Shown here: positions 21,621 through 35,945 of the stretch, in pieces
Layout: every line of letters starts with the position of its first letter
How positions within the stretch are numbered: position 1 is the first letter of the stretch
NCBI GenBank assembly: GCA_002269645.1
Contig: NIVC01001394.1
Location: 1-64,000 of the forward strand
Source of the DNA: Macrostomum lignano
Taxonomy: Eukaryota
Length of the DNA: 64,000 nucleotides
Reading direction: 5' to 3'
Notes under the pieces: generated by a model
Seen by the model: the letters and a program-made list of their open reading frames with translations, nothing else
The model's database searches: none
What the model was told of the DNA's origin: nothing
Translations under genes and position numbers: made by a program

Positions 21621-24600
21621 TCTATATACTAAAGCTGACGTCGTGGTCCGGTGGTAGGGTGGGCCGGTGGGCCGGGTTTGTCGACGATCTCCTCCTAGGA
21701 TTCTTGCAACTCAACTTTCAAACCGGTACCAAAACATGTCAAATGTCCCGACGATGCTACAATTTAAAATTCATTTTCAAATTTCAATTTTAAGTGCTTC
21801 AAAAAAGCAGAAAACAGCACAAACCAGACAGCCAGACCAGATGTCTATATATCGCATTCCATGGACTTCCCACTTGACGCTATTTTGTATGGTTGCGCCA
21901 CAACTTTTCTCCTATCTCTGCAGTGTATTTCATTTCAGCTGGGGGAGGGTCGCCGGCACTTGAGAATTGGCGGCCTACTTGCTCAGTGTTAAAAAGGGGT
22001 GGAGGTGCACACTGCGCGAGAATGGATGGCTTGATTTTTTTAACTCATCACAGAGTGTACATTGCGCTCTGCAAGTAAGAAACGGGAAAACTTGCACCTT
22101 AATTTCTGCTTTTAATTTTCAAGCTACAGAAAAGTGAATCACACCGTTGGAAAGAGTTTGAAAAACTGAACAGAATGGTATAATTTTCTGTTCCGAAATC
22201 TCAACTGCATCAGAGCAATTTGTCATAGAAAATTTCTTGATTTCAATTTGTCAACCCTGGCTCACTGGCTGACTTTATAGATAATTGCGCAATGATATGG
22301 CTACTGATAAGTTTTCCTGCCTTTCAATGGGCAGTCCTGTGTATTTGTTGGACATTGAAATTCAATGCATCATCTTGCAAGCAGGCAGTGAACGTACACT
22401 CGATATTTCAATGCTATAAATCAGACAGTTTCAAACGCTAACTGTTCCTCGAGTTTTAAACTTTGAGAGGAGAAACTTATATTGCTGGCAAGATCTTGCA
22501 ACGCTGAGTTCGGGGATATAAGTTGTTTGCTTTAAATATGAAAAGAAAAAGCACAGCATTTGAAAAACTATTTCCATACTTTTAACTTTCTGCAAAGATT
22601 GTACTTTAATCTGCAAAGATTGTTGGGGGGAGGGTTCAACTTCTCACTGCTGCTGTGTATTGGAGGGTTGATTTAGATTGCGCAATGTTTTTGTTAACTT
22701 TACCTGAGGCTGATACTGACTGACTGTGAAATCGGTTGCGCAATGAATTGATTCAATTAGTTCAATATTTTTATCTGTGCCTTTTAACACGAAGCTGTGC
22801 GTAGTTCTAACCCTAACCCTAACCCTAACCCTAACCCTAATGAATCTGGCGAGTTGAGTTGTTTGACGGAAAAAATTCGATTAAGTCAAGTTTAGCGGAG
22901 ACGATTTCAATGTTTAAATTCTGACGGAGAAGATTTCTGTTTCGTGGAGAGGATTTCGATGATGTTCAGTTTCACGAAAGGATTTCCATGGTGTTCAGTT
23001 TCACGGAGAGGATTTCGATCATGTTCAGCTTCACGGAGAGGCTTTCTGTTTCGCGGAGATAATTTATGATTGATATCTGTTTTATGGAAACAATTTTGAT
23101 GGATTTAAGTTTCAAGGAGAGGATTTCGAAGGAGTCCAGTTTCACTGAGAGGATTTCGATGGTTTTTAGTTGCACAGACAGGATTTTTGCTTCGCGGAGA
23201 GGATCTTGATGGATTTGGCATCTTCAATCAGTCAGAGAAGAGAGTAAAGAGAAGACTGAAAAGAGAAGAGAGAAGAGATGATAGAAAACAGAGTATAATT
23301 GAGTGGAGATATTAGACATGACAGATTGGAGATGATAGGAGAGAGAATAGATGAGGGATAAGAGCGTACAGAGGCAATAGAAGAGAGGGGAGAGTAGAGG
23401 AGAAAGAAAGAGTGAGATGAGGAGATGAGGGATGAGAGAGCAGGGGAGAGAGGAGACAGGAGAGAGTACAGACGAAAGACTAGGGAGAAGATATAAATAA
23501 GGTAGTAAAGATGAGAGGAGAGAGAGGAGAGAGAAGCGAAAGGAGAAGAGAGTGAGGAGAGAGGAGAGAGATGAAAGGAGCAAGGAAAGGAGAAAAGAGA
23601 GAATGGAGAGAATAGAAAAGAGAGAAGAGAAGAGACAGGGGATAGTGGAAAGGAGGAAGAAAGATGGGAGACAAGAAAGTAGTGTCAGAGCGTATATGAA
23701 ATATGAGAAATGAGAGCAGAGAGAAGAGAAAAGAGAAGAGAGAGAGAGGGTTAAGAGAGACGATAGATAAGTGAGTAGAGATGACATATGAGAGAGGAGA
23801 GAAGAGGGAGAGATAAGAGTGAAGAGAGGAGACAGAAGACAGGAGAAGGTACAGACGAAAGACGAGGGAGAAGAGATAAATAAGGGAGCAGGGGTAGAGA
23901 TGAGATGAGAGAGAGGAGAGAGGAGATATGAGAGACTTGAGAGTCTTTGAGCTATGGTCTTTGAAAGATTTTGTAAAGAATTTGGAGACGATTTGGAAGA
24001 TAGGGTTAAAGACATGGAATTTCAGTTGATGGATATTACAGGGAATGGAATTCCGGTGATGGGAGTTCTTCCCCTTTCTCCTCCGAAGGAGGAGTTCCAC
24101 TCGTATATACTAAAGCTGACGTCGTGGTCCGGTGGTAGGGTGGGCCGGTGGGCCGGGTTTGTCGACGATCTCCTCCTAGGATTCTTGCAACTCAACTTTC
24201 AAACCGGTACCAAAACATGTCAAATGTCCCGACGATGCTACAATTTAAAATTCATTTTCAAATTTCAATTTTAAGTGCTTCAAAAAAGCAGAAAACAGCA
24301 CAAACCAGACAGCCAGACCAGATGTCTATATATCGCATTCCATGGACTTCCCACTTGACGCTATTTTGTATGGTTGCGCCACAACTTTTCTCCTATCTCT
24401 GCAGTGTATTTCATTTCAGCTGGGGGAGGGTCGCCGGCACTTGAGAATTGGCGGCCTACTTGCTCAGTGTTAAAAAGGGGTGGAGGTGCACACTGCGCGA
24501 GAATGGATGGCTTGATTTTTTAACTCATCACAGAGTGTACATTGCGCTCTGCAAGTAAGAAACGGGAAAACTTGCACCTTAATTTCTGCTTTTAATTTTC

Positions 24601-27600
24601 AAGCTACAGAAAAGTGAATCACACCGTTGGAAAGAGTTTGAAAAACTGAACAGAATGGTATAATTTTCTGTTCCGAAATCTCAACTGCATCAGAGCAATT
24701 TGTCATAGAAAATTTCTTGATTTCAATTGTGAAAACGTTAAGTGGCTGGGGAGGGGTTTCATTAATTTCAATTCTGACTGTGCAATGCACAAGCCTAGAC
24801 TCTCCCTGTGCATTTGGGGAGGTGCATGGGCTATAGACTGATTTTCATATTGAGTGATTGGCTGGAGATAATATTGAGATTAAATAAATGAATCACCGCA
24901 GTGTAAACTGCTTTTTTGACCCCCAATAACCTTCTTTTGCCACTCTGCCTGGGGCTTCAGCCAGTTTGTAAAAATAGCCACCCCAACCTCCGCCCGCGGG
25001 CCGCTGTGTATTGAGGGGTGGTGGGTGCGCGTGTTCTACGTTCAATGCAAATAAAACCCCCGCGTGTTGGCGGGTTGAGTTAAATTTAATGCTTCCCCCG
25101 TAACGGGGGGTTGGGCTTGGACTGAGTGTACATAGCTGTTGTACAGTGTAAAAAGATAGATAGAACTGTGCCGAGATTCAATTGGTTTTATTATCGGCCC
25201 TGTGTATTAGCTGGGCAGTGAAATTCAATGAATAAACTTGCGAGCTTCTCTAGCAAGAAGTCGGGAAATCGGTAAATTTCAAACGCTAACTGTTCCTCGA
25301 GTTTTAAACTTTGAGAGGAGAAACTTATATTGCTGGAAAGATCTTGCAACGCTGAGTTCGGGGATATAAGTTGTTTGCTTTAAATATGAAAAGAAAAAGC
25401 ACAGCATTTGAAAAACTATTTCCATACTTTTAACTTTCTGCAAAAATTGTACTCAGTTTTGCGAGACGTAATAGATAAAGTTGGGGGAGGGTTCAACTTC
25501 TCACTGCTGCTGTGTATTGGAGGGTTGATTTAGATTGACTGACTGACTGTGAAATCAGTTGCGCAATGAATTGATTCAATTAGTTCAATATTTTTATCAG
25601 TGCCTTTTAACACAAACCTGTGCGTAGTTCTAACCCTAACCCTAACCCTAACCCTAACCAATGAATCCGGAGAGTTGAGTTGTTTGACGGAAAAAATTCG
25701 ATTGAGTCCAGTTTAGCGGAGACGATTTCAATGTTTTAATTTTGACGAAGAGGATTTCTGTTTCGTGGAGAGGATTTCGATGGTGTTCAGTTTCGTGGAG
25801 AGGATTTCGATGGCGTTCACTTTCGTGGAAAGGATTTCGATGATGTTCAGTTTCACGGAGAGGATTTCGATGATGTTCAGCTTCACGGAGAGGATTTCTG
25901 TTTCGCGGAGATAATTTATGATTGATTTCTGTTTTATGGAGACCATTTTGATGGATTTAAGTTTCAAGGAGAGGATTTCGAAGGAGTCCAGTTTCACGGA
26001 GAGGATTTCGATGGTTTTCAGTTGCACGGACAGGATTTTTCTGCTTCGCGGAGAGGATCTTGATGGATTTGGCATCTTCAATCAGTCAGAGAAGAGAGTA
26101 AAGAGAAGAATGAAAAGAGAAGAGAGATGAGATGATAGAAAACAGAGTAGAAATGAATGGAGAGATTAGACATGACAGATGGGAGAGAAGAGGGGAGTAA
26201 GGCGGGAACGAAGGAAGAGAAAAGAGAAGAGGAGAGAGGAGATGAAGGGAGAGGATATGAGAGAGGAGATATGAGATAGCAGAGAGGAGACAGGAGAGAA
26301 AAGAAAGGAGGGATAAGAGCGTACAGAGGCAAAAAAGAGAGGAAAGAGAGAAGAGAGGTGAGAGGTGAGAGGTGAGAGGAGAGAGATGAAAGATCAGAGA
26401 TCAGAGATTCAAGAGAAGAAAGTAGTGAGGAGAAAGAAGAGGGTAAAGATAGAGTGCAGAGAGGAGAGAAACGAGAGGAGACAGGTGATAGAAAAGAGTG
26501 TAAAAAAACAGGATATAAGAAAGGAGAGGGTGAGAGTGAGAGCATATAGGAAAGTGTAAAAGGGGAGAGAGAATAGATAAGTGAGTAGAGAAGAGATATG
26601 AGAGAGGAGAGAGGAGAGATTAGAGAAGAGATGAGGGGAGATAAGAGGAGAGAAGAGGGAATGGAGAGGAGAGAAAAGAGAGGAGAGGAGACAGGTGATG
26701 CAGTAGAAAGGGAAGAAAGATGGTAGATAAGAAAGGAGAGGGTGAGAGCGTATAAGAGATACGAGTACTGAAAGCAGAGAGAAGAGAGAAAAGGGAAGAG
26801 AGAAAGTAGAGCGGAGACGATAGATAAGTGAGTAGAGATGAGATATGAGAGAGGAGAGAAAAGGGGAGAGATAAGAGAGAAGATATGAGAGTAGACAGGA
26901 GAGGGTACAGACGAAAGGCGAGGGAGAAGAGATAAATAAGGGAGTAGAGATGAGATATGAGAGAGAAGAGATAAGCGAGAAGAGTAGGAATAGAGGAGAG
27001 AGAGAAGCGAGAGAAGGGAGAGAGGAGGGAGAAGAGAGATGAAAGATCAGAGAGGAGAGAGATGAAAGTGTAGAGAGGAGTAATTAGTGAGGAGAAAGAA
27101 GAGAGTAAAAATAAAAATCAGAGCGCAGGGCGCAAGAGATGAGAGATGGGAGTTGATAGATTGTAGAGGATTTGGAGATGATTTGGAAGATGGGATTCAA
27201 TTCATTGAATTTCAGCTGATAGGAGTTCTTCCCCTTCAGAATTCCGGTGATGGGAGTTCTTCCCCTATCTCCTCCGAAGGAGGAGTTCCACTCGTCTATA
27301 TACTAAAGCTGACGTCGTGGTCCGGTGGTAGGGTGGGCCGGTGGGCCGGGTTTGTCGACGATCTCCTCCTAGGATTCTTGCAACTCAACTTTCAAACCGG
27401 TACCAAAACATGTCAAATGTCCCGACGATGCTACAATTTAAAATTCATTTTCAAATTTCAATTTTAAGTGCTTCAAAAAAGCAGAAAACAGCACAAACCA
27501 GACAGCCAGACCAGATGTCTATATATCGCATTCCATGGACTTCCCACTTGACGCTATTTTGTATGGTTGCGCCACAACTTTTCTCCTATCTCTGCAGTGT

Positions 27601-30600
27601 ATTTCATTTCAGCTGGGGGAGGGTCGCCGGCACTTGAGAATTGGCGGCCTACTTGCTCAGTGTTAAAAAGGGGTGGAGGTGCACACTGCGCGAGAATGGA
27701 TGGCTTGATTTTTTAACTCATCACAGAGTGTACATTGCGCTCTGCAAGTAAGAAACGGGAAAACTTGCACCTTAATTTCTGCTTTTAATTTTCAAGCTAC
27801 AGAAAAGTGAATCACACCGTTGGAAAGAGTTTGAAAAACTGAACAGAATGGTATAATTTTCTGTTCCGAAATCTCAACTGCATCAGAGCAATTTGTCATA
27901 GAAAATTTCTTGATTTCAATTTGTCAACCCTAGCTCACTGGCTGACTTTATAGATAATTGCGCAATGATATGGCTACTGATAAGTTTTCCTGCCTTTCAA
28001 TGGGCAGTCCTGTGTATTTGTTGGACATTGAAATTCAATGCATCATCTTGCAAGCAGGCAGTGAACGTACACTCGATACTTCAATGCTATAAATCAGACA
28101 GTTTCAAACGCTAACTGTTCCTCGAGTTTTAAACTTTGAGAGAAGAGACTTATATTGCTGGAAAGATCTTGCAACGCTGAGTTCGGGGAAATAAGTTGTT
28201 TGCTTTAAATATGAAAAGAAAAAGCACAGCATTTGAAAAACTATTTCCATACTTTTAACTTTCTGCAAAGATTGTACTTTAATCTGCAAAGATTGTTGGG
28301 GGAAGGGTTCAACTTCTCACTGCTGCTGTGTATTGGAGGGTTGATTTAGATTGCGCAATGTTTTTGTTAACTTTACCTGAGGCTGATACTGACTGACTGT
28401 GAAATCGGTTGCGCAATGAATTGATTCAATTAGTTCAATATTTTTATCTGTGCCTTTTAACACGAAGCTGTGCGTAGTTCTAACCCTAACCCTAACCCTA
28501 ACCCTAACCCTAATGAATCTGGCGAGTTGAGTTGTTTGACGGAAAAAATTCGATTAAGTCAAGTTTAGCAGAGACGATTTCAATGTTTAAATTCTGACGG
28601 AGAAGATTTCTGTTTCGTGGAGAGGATTTCGATGATGTTCAGTTTCACGAAAGGATTTCCATGGTGTTCAGTTTCACGGAGAGGATTTCGATCATGTTCA
28701 GCTTCACGGAGAGGCTTTCTGTTTCGCTGAGATAATTTATGATTGATTTCTGTTTTATGGAAACAATTTTGATGGATTCAGGTTTCAAGGAGAGGATTTC
28801 GAAGGAGTCCAGTTTCACTGAGAGGATTTCGATGGTTTTTAGTTGCACAGACAGGATTTTTGCTTCGCGGAGAGGATCTTGATGGATTTGGCATCTTCAA
28901 TCAGTCAGAGAAGAGAGTAAAGAGAAGACTGAAAAGAGAAGAGAGAAGAGATGATAGAAAACAGAGTATAATTGAGTGGAGAGATTAGACATGACAGATT
29001 GGAGATGATAGGAGAGAGAATAGATGAGGGATAAGAGCGTACAGAGGCAATAGAAGAGAGGGGAGAGTAGAGGAGAAAGAAAGAGTGAGATGAGGAGATG
29101 AGGGATGAGAGAGGAGGGGAGAGAGGAGACAGGAGAGAGTACAGACGAAAGACTAGGGAGAAGATATAAATAAGGTAGTAAAGATGAGAGGAGAGAGAGG
29201 AGAGAGAAGCGAAAGGAGAAGAGAGTGAGGAGAGAGGAGAGAGATAAAAGGAGCAAGGAAAGGAGAAAAGAGAGAATGGAGAGAATAGAAAAGAGAGAAG
29301 AGAAGAGACAGGGGATAGTGAAAAGGAGGAAGAAAGATGGGAGACAAGAAAGTAGTGTCAGAGCGTATATGAAATATGAGAAATGAGAGCAGAGAGAAGA
29401 GAAAAGAGAAGAGAGAGAGAGGGTTAAGAGAGACGATAGATAAGTGAGTAGAGATGACATATGAGAGAGGAGAGAAGAGGGAGAGATAAGAGTGAAGAGA
29501 GGAGACAGAAGACAGGAGAAGGTACAGACGAAAGACGAGGGAGAAGAGATAAATAAGGGAGCAGGGGTAGAATGAGATGAGAGAGAGGAGAGAGGAGATA
29601 CGAGAGACTTGAGAGTCTTTGAGCTATGGTCTTTGAAAGATTTTGTAAAGAATTTGGAGACGATTTGGAAGATAGGGTTAAAGACATGGAATTTCAGTTG
29701 ATGGATATTACAGGGAATAGAATTCCGGTGATGGGAGTTCTTCCCCTTTCTCCTCCGAAGGAGGAGTTCCACTCGTATATACTAAAGCTGACGTCGTGGT
29801 CCGGTGGTAGGGTGGGCCGGTGGGCCGGGTTTGTCGACGATCTCCTCCTAGGATTCTTGCAACTCAACTTTCAAACCGGTACCAAAACATGTCAAATGTC
29901 CCGACGATGCTACAATTTAAAATTCATTTTCAAATTTCAATTTTAAGTGCTTCAAAAAAGCAGAAAACAGCACAAACCAGACAGCCAGACCAGATGTCTA
30001 TATATCGCATTCCATGGACTTCCCACTTGACGCTATTTTGTATGGTTGCGCCACAACTTTTCTCCTATCTCTGCAGTGTATTTCATTTCAGCTGGGGGAG
30101 GGTCGCCGGCACTTGAGAATTGGCGGCCTACTTGCTCAGTGTTAAAAAGGGGTGGAGGTGCACACTGCGCGAGAATGGATGGCTTGATTTTTTAACTCAT
30201 CACAGAGTGTACATTGCGCTCTGCAAGTAAGAAACGGGAAAACTTGCACCTTAATTTCTGCTTTTAATTTTCAAGCTACAGAAAAGTGAATCACACCGTT
30301 GGAAAGAGTTTGAAAAACTGAACAGAATGGTATAATTTTCTGTTCCGAAATCTCAACTGCATCAGAGCAATTTGTCATAGAAAATTTCTTGATTTCAATT
30401 GTGAAAACGTTAAGTGGCTGGGGAGGGGTTTCATTAATTTCAATTCTGACTGTGCAATGCACAAGCCTAGACTCTCCCTGTGCATTTGGGGAGGTGCATG
30501 GGCTATAGACTGATTTTCATATTGAGTGATTGGCTGGAGATAATATTGAGATTAAATAAATGAATCACCGCAGTGTAAACTGCTTTTTTGACCCCCAATA

Positions 30601-33600
30601 ACCTTCTTTTGCCACTCTGCCTGGGGCTTCAGCCAGTTTGTAAAAATAGCCACCCCAACCTCCGCCCGCGGGCCGCTGTGTATTGAGGGGTGGTGGGTGC
30701 GCGTGTTCTACGTTCAATGCAAATAAAACCCCCCGCGTGTTGGCGGGTTGAGTTAAATTTAATGCTTCCCCCGTAACGGGGGTTGGGCTTGGACTGAGTG
30801 TACATAGCTGTTGTACAGTGTAAAAAGATAGATAGAACTGTGCCGAGATTCAATTGGTTTTATTATCGGCCCTGTGTATTAGCTGGGCAGTGAAATTCAA
30901 TGAATAAACTTGCGAGCTTCTCTAGCAAGAAGTCGGGAAATCGGTAAATTTCAAACGCTAACTGTTCCTCGAGTTTTAAACTTTGAGAGGAGAAACTTAT
31001 ATTGCTGGAAAGATCTTGCAACGCTGAGTTCGGGGATATAAGTTGTTTGCTTTAAATATGAAAAGAAAAAGCACAGCATTTGAAAAACTATTTCCATACT
31101 TTTAACTTTCTGCAAAAATTGTACTCAGTTTTGCGAGACGTAATAGATAAAGTTGGGGGAGGGTTCAACTTCTCACTGCTGCTGTGTATTGGAGGGTTGA
31201 TTTAGATTGACTGACTGACTGTGAAATCAGTTGCGCAATGAATTGATTCAATTAGTTCAATATTTTTATCAGTGCCTTTTAACACAAACCTGTGCGTAGT
31301 TCTAACCCTAACCCTAACCCTAACCCTAACCAATGAATCCGGAGAGTTGAGTTGTTTGACGGAAAAAATTCGATTGAGTCCAGTTTAGCGGAGACGATTT
31401 CAATGTTTTAATTTTGACGAAGAGGATTTCTGTTTCGTGGAGAGGATTTCGATGGCGTTCACTTTCGTGGAAAGGATTTCGATGATGTTCAGTTTCACGG
31501 AGAGGATTTCGATGATGTTCAGCTTCACGGAGAGGATTTCTGTTTCGCGGAGATAATTTATGATTGATTTCTGTTTTATGGAGACCATTTTGATGGATTT
31601 AAGTTTCAAGGAGAGGATTTCGAAGGAGTCCAGTTTCACGGAGAGGATTTCGATGGTTTTCAGTTGCACGGACAGGATTTTTCTGCTTCGCGGAGAGGAT
31701 CTTGATGGATTTGGCATCTTCAATCAGTCAGAGAAGAGAGTAAAGAGAAGAATGAAAAGAGAAGAGAGATGAGATGATAGAAAACAGAGTAGAAATGAAT
31801 GGAGAGATTAGACATGACAGATGGGAGAGAAGAGGGGAGTAAGGCGGGAACGAAGGAAGAGAAAAGAGAAGAGGAGAGAGGAGATGAAGGGAGAGGATAT
31901 GAGAGAGGAGATATGAGATAGCAGAGAGGAGACAGGAGAGAAAAGAAAGGAGGGATAAGAGCGTACAGAGGCAATAGAAGAGAGGAAAGAGAGGAGAGAG
32001 GTGAGAGGTGAGAGGAGAGAGATGAAAGATCAGAGATCAGAGATTCAAGAGAAGAAAGTAGTGAGGAGAAAGAAGAGGGTAAAGATGAGAGTGCAGAGAG
32101 GAGAGAAACGAGAGGAGACAGGTGATAGAAAAGAGTGTAAAAAAACAGGATATAAGAAAGGAGAGGGTGAGAGTGAGAGCATATAGGAAAGTGTAAAAGG
32201 GGAGAGAGAATAGATAAGTGAGTAGAGAAGAGATATGAGAGAGGAGAGAAGAGAGATTAGAGAAGAGATGAGGGGAGATAAGAGAAGAGGGAATGGAGAG
32301 GAGAGAAAAGAGAGGAGAGGAGACAGGTGATGCAGTAGAAAGGGAAGAAAGATGGTAGATAAGAAAGGAGAGGGTGAGAGCGTATAAGAGATACGAGTAA
32401 TGAAAGCAGAGAGAAGAGAGAAAAGGGAAGAGAGAAAGTAGAGCGGAGACGATAGATAAGTGAGTAGAGATGAGATATGAGAGAGGAGAGAAAAGGGGAG
32501 AGATAAGAGAGAAGATATGAGAGTAGACAGGAGAGGGTACAGACGAAAGGCGAGGGAGAAGAGATAAATAAGGGAGTAGAAATGAGATATGAGAGAGAAG
32601 AGATAAGCGAGAAGAGTAGGAATAGAGGAGAGAGAGAAGCGAGAGAAGGGAGAGAGGAGGGAGAAGAGAGATGAAAGATCAGAGATGAGAGAGATGAAAG
32701 TGTAGAGAGGAGTAATTAGTGAGTAGAAAGAAGAGAGTAAAAATAAAAATCAGAGCGCAGGGCGCAAGAGATGAGAGATGGGAGTTGATAGATTGTAGAG
32801 GATTTGGAGATGATTTGGAAGATGGGATTCAATTCATTGAATTTCAGCTGATAGGAGTTCTTCCCCTTCAGAATTCCGGTGATGGGAGTTCTTCCCCTTT
32901 CTCCTCCAGAGGAGGAGTTCCACTCGTATATACTAAAGCTGACGTCGTGGTCCGGTGGTAGGGTGGGCCGGTGGGCCGGGTTTGTCGACGATCTCCTCCT
33001 AGGATTCTTGCAACTCAACTTTCAAACCGGTACCAAAACATGTCAAATGTCCCGACGATGCTACAATTTAAAATTCATTTTCAAATTTCAATTTTAAGTG
33101 CTTCAAAAAAGCAGAAAACAGCACAAACCAGACAGCCAGACCAGATGTCTATATATCGCATTCCATGGACTTCCCACTTGACGCTATTTTGTATGGTTGC
33201 GCCACAACTTTTCTCCTATCTCTGCAGTGTATTTCATTTCAGCTGGGGGAGGGTCGCCGGCACTTGAGAATTGGCGGCCTACTTGCTCAGTGTTAAAAAG
33301 GGGTGGAGGTGCACACTGCGCGAGAATGGATGGCTTGATTTTTTAACTCATCACAGAGTGTACATTGCGCTCTGCAAGTAAGAAACGGGAAAACTTGCAC
33401 CTTAATTTCTGCTTTTAATTTTCAAGCTACAGAAAAGTGAATCACACCGTTGGAAAGAGTTTGAAAAACTGAACAGAATGGTATAATTTTCTGTTCCGAA
33501 ATCTCAACTGCATCAGAGCAATTTGTCATAGAAAATTTCTTGATTTCAATTTGTCAACCCTAGCTCACTGGCTGACTTTATAGATAATTGCGCAATGATA

Positions 33601-35406
33601 TGGCTACTGATAAGTTTTCCTGCCTTTCAATGGGCAGTCCTGTGTATTTGTTGGACATTGAAATTCAATGCATCATCTTGCAAGCAGGCAGTGAACGTAC
33701 ACTCGATACTTCAATGCTATAAATCAGACAGTTTCAAACGCTAACTGTTCCTCGAGTTTTAAACTTTGAGAGAAGAGACTTATATTGCTGGAAAGATCTT
33801 GCAACGCTGAGTTCGGGGATATAAGTTGTTTGCTTTAAATATGAAAAGAAAAAGCACAGCATTTGAAAAACTATTTCCATACTTTTAACTTTCTGCAAAG
33901 ATTGTACTTTAATCTGCAAAGATTGTTGGGGGAAGGGTTCAACTTCTCACTGCTGCTGTGTATTGGAGGGTTGATTTAGATTGCGCAATGTTTTTGTTAA
34001 CTTTACCTGAGGCTGATACTGACTGACTGTGAAATCGGTTGCGCAATGAATTGATTCAATTAGTTCAATATTTTTATCTGTGCCTTTTAACACGAAGCTG
34101 TGCGTAGTTCTAACCCTAACCCTAACCCTAACCCTAACCCTAATGAATCTGGCGAGTTGAGTTGTTTGACGGAAAAAATTCGATTAAGTCAAGTTTAGCA
34201 GAGACGATTTCAATGTTTAAATTCTGACGGAGAAGATTTCTGTTTCGTGGAGAGGATTTCGATGATGTTCAGTTTCACGAAAGGATTTCCATGGTGTTCA
34301 GTTTCACGGAGAGGATTTCGATCATGTTCAGCTTCACGGAGAGGCTTTCTGTTTCGCTGAGATAATTTATGATTGATTTCTGTTTTATGGAAACAATTTT
34401 GATGGATTCAGGTTTCAAGGAGAGGATTTCGAAGGAGTCCAGTTTCACTGAGAGGATTTCGATGGTTTTTAGTTGCACAGACAGGATTTTTGCTTCGCGG
34501 AGAGGATCTTGATGGATTTGGCATCTTCAATCAGTCAGAGAAGAGAGTAAAGAGAAGACTGAAAAGAGAAGAGAGAAGAGATGATAGAAAACAGAGTATA
34601 ATTGAGTGGAGAGATTAGACATGACAGATTGGAGATGATAGGAGAGAGAATAGATGAGGGATAAGAGCGTACAGAGGCAATAGAAGAGAGGGGAGAGTAG
34701 AGGAGAAAGAAAGAGTGAGATGAGGAGATGAGGGATGAGAGAGGAGGGGAGAGAGGAGACAGGAGAGAGTACAGACGAAAGACTAGGGAGAAGATATAAA
34801 TAAGGTAGTAAAGATGAGAGGAGAGAGAGGAGAGAGAAGCGAAAGGAGAAGAGAGTGAGGAGAGAGGAGAGAGATAAAAGGAGCAAGGAAAGGAGAAAAG
34901 AGAGAATGGAGAGAATAGAAAAGAGAGAAGAGAAGAGACAGGGGATAGTGAAAAGGAGGAAGAAAGATGGGAGACAAGAAAGTAGTGTCAGAGCGTATAT
35001 GAAATATGAGAAATGAGAGCAGAGAGAAGAGAAAAGAGAAGAGAGAGAGAGGGTTAAGAAAGACGATAGATAAGTGAGTAGAGATGACATATGAGAGAGG
35101 AGAGAAGAGGGAGAGATAAGAGTGAAGAGAGGAGACAGAAGACAGGAGAAGGTACAGACGAAAGACGAGGGAGAAGAGATAAATAAGGGAGCAGGGGTAG
35201 AAATGAGATGAGAGAGAGGAGAGAGGAGATACGAGAGACTTGAGAGTCTTTGAGCTATGGTCTTTGAAAGATTTTGTAAAGAATTTGGAGACGATTTGGA
35301 AGATAGGGTTAAAGACATGGAATTTCAGTTGATGGATATTACAGGGAATAGAATTCCGGTGATGGGAGTTCTTCCCCTTTCTCCTCCGAAGGAGGAGTTC
35401 CACTCG
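21621..35406 (+). mobile_element. Head-to-tail array of five non-autonomous Helitron-like elements (A-B-A-B-A)
   Basis: Unit starts (TC)TATATACTAAAGCTG at 21621, 24104, 27295, 29776 and 32927. Each unit ends with the hairpin CTCCTCC-GAA-GGAGGAG (copy 4 has a variant loop) followed 5 nt later by CTCG. The junction at 27294/27295 reads CTCG|TC. Unit lengths about 2480, 3190, 2480, 3150 and 2480 bp. Confidence 0.75.
22808..22840 (-). repeat. Interstitial (TTAGGG)n tract inside each Helitron-like unit
   Basis: TTCTAACCCTAACCCTAACCC... near 22810, 25630, 28480, 31300 and 34110, 4-5 units each. Confidence 0.85.
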
Positions 35407-35700
35407 TAATATACTAAAAATGAAATGCTTGGTTGCTTGCTTGTAATTGATTTTCTCCCGAACGGCTCAACCGATTTTCTTCAAACTTGCACCATTCGAT
35501 CAGAAATTTTCCCGGGACGGTACATGCATATTGGCTAAGAAATTTCTCAATGTTAAAGGGATTAAATATTCGAAAAACATGATTTTTTGCAAAGGTCAAG
35601 CAGCTCTTTCGACCTGAAATGCATTGTAAGAATGCTAGAGAAAAATCTGACTGGTTGAATTCTGATTCTGAAATAGATTGCATCACAATACACTTTATTT
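35407..35700 (+). mobile_element. 5' end of a different Lep1/DINE-like non-autonomous Helitron abutting the array
   Basis: AATATACTAAAAATGAAATGCTTGGTTGCTTGCTTG...CCGAACGGCTCAACCGATTTTCTTCAAACTT: AT-rich start, tetranucleotide microsatellite and AACCGATTTT motif. 3' end not located. Confidence 0.55.
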
Positions 35701-35945
35701 ATCGTCTGTGTACTGGCTGAATTTGACACTCAATTGAATTGCGTCACAGCTTTGAGGGTGAAAGTATAGTGCAGTACTGAATTTATATTACGTAACCATA
35801 TTGTTAACTTTCATAGACACTGGTACTGACTTGCCTAAGAAATTGATTATGTCATAACTGCTTCGCGTGACTTTTTACTCTACCTGACTTGGTGTGAGTG
35901 TTGAATTAATTATATAAGTGGTACAAATTCACTGATAACTTCGAT

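Noticed and set aside
21584-35403. Repeated 60-290-aa ORFs in the array (Leu/Ser-rich; MGRVCRRSPP...; IEILSVKL repeats)
   Set aside because: They derive from GA-rich tails and 30-bp subrepeats; no Rep/helicase or other recognisable motif.
21621-35406. rDNA, 5S, histone or snRNA tandem cluster as the explanation of the 2.5/3.2-kb array
   Set aside because: No recognisable rRNA, 5S, histone or Sm-site snRNA/SL sequence found by eye; a covariance-model scan would settle this.
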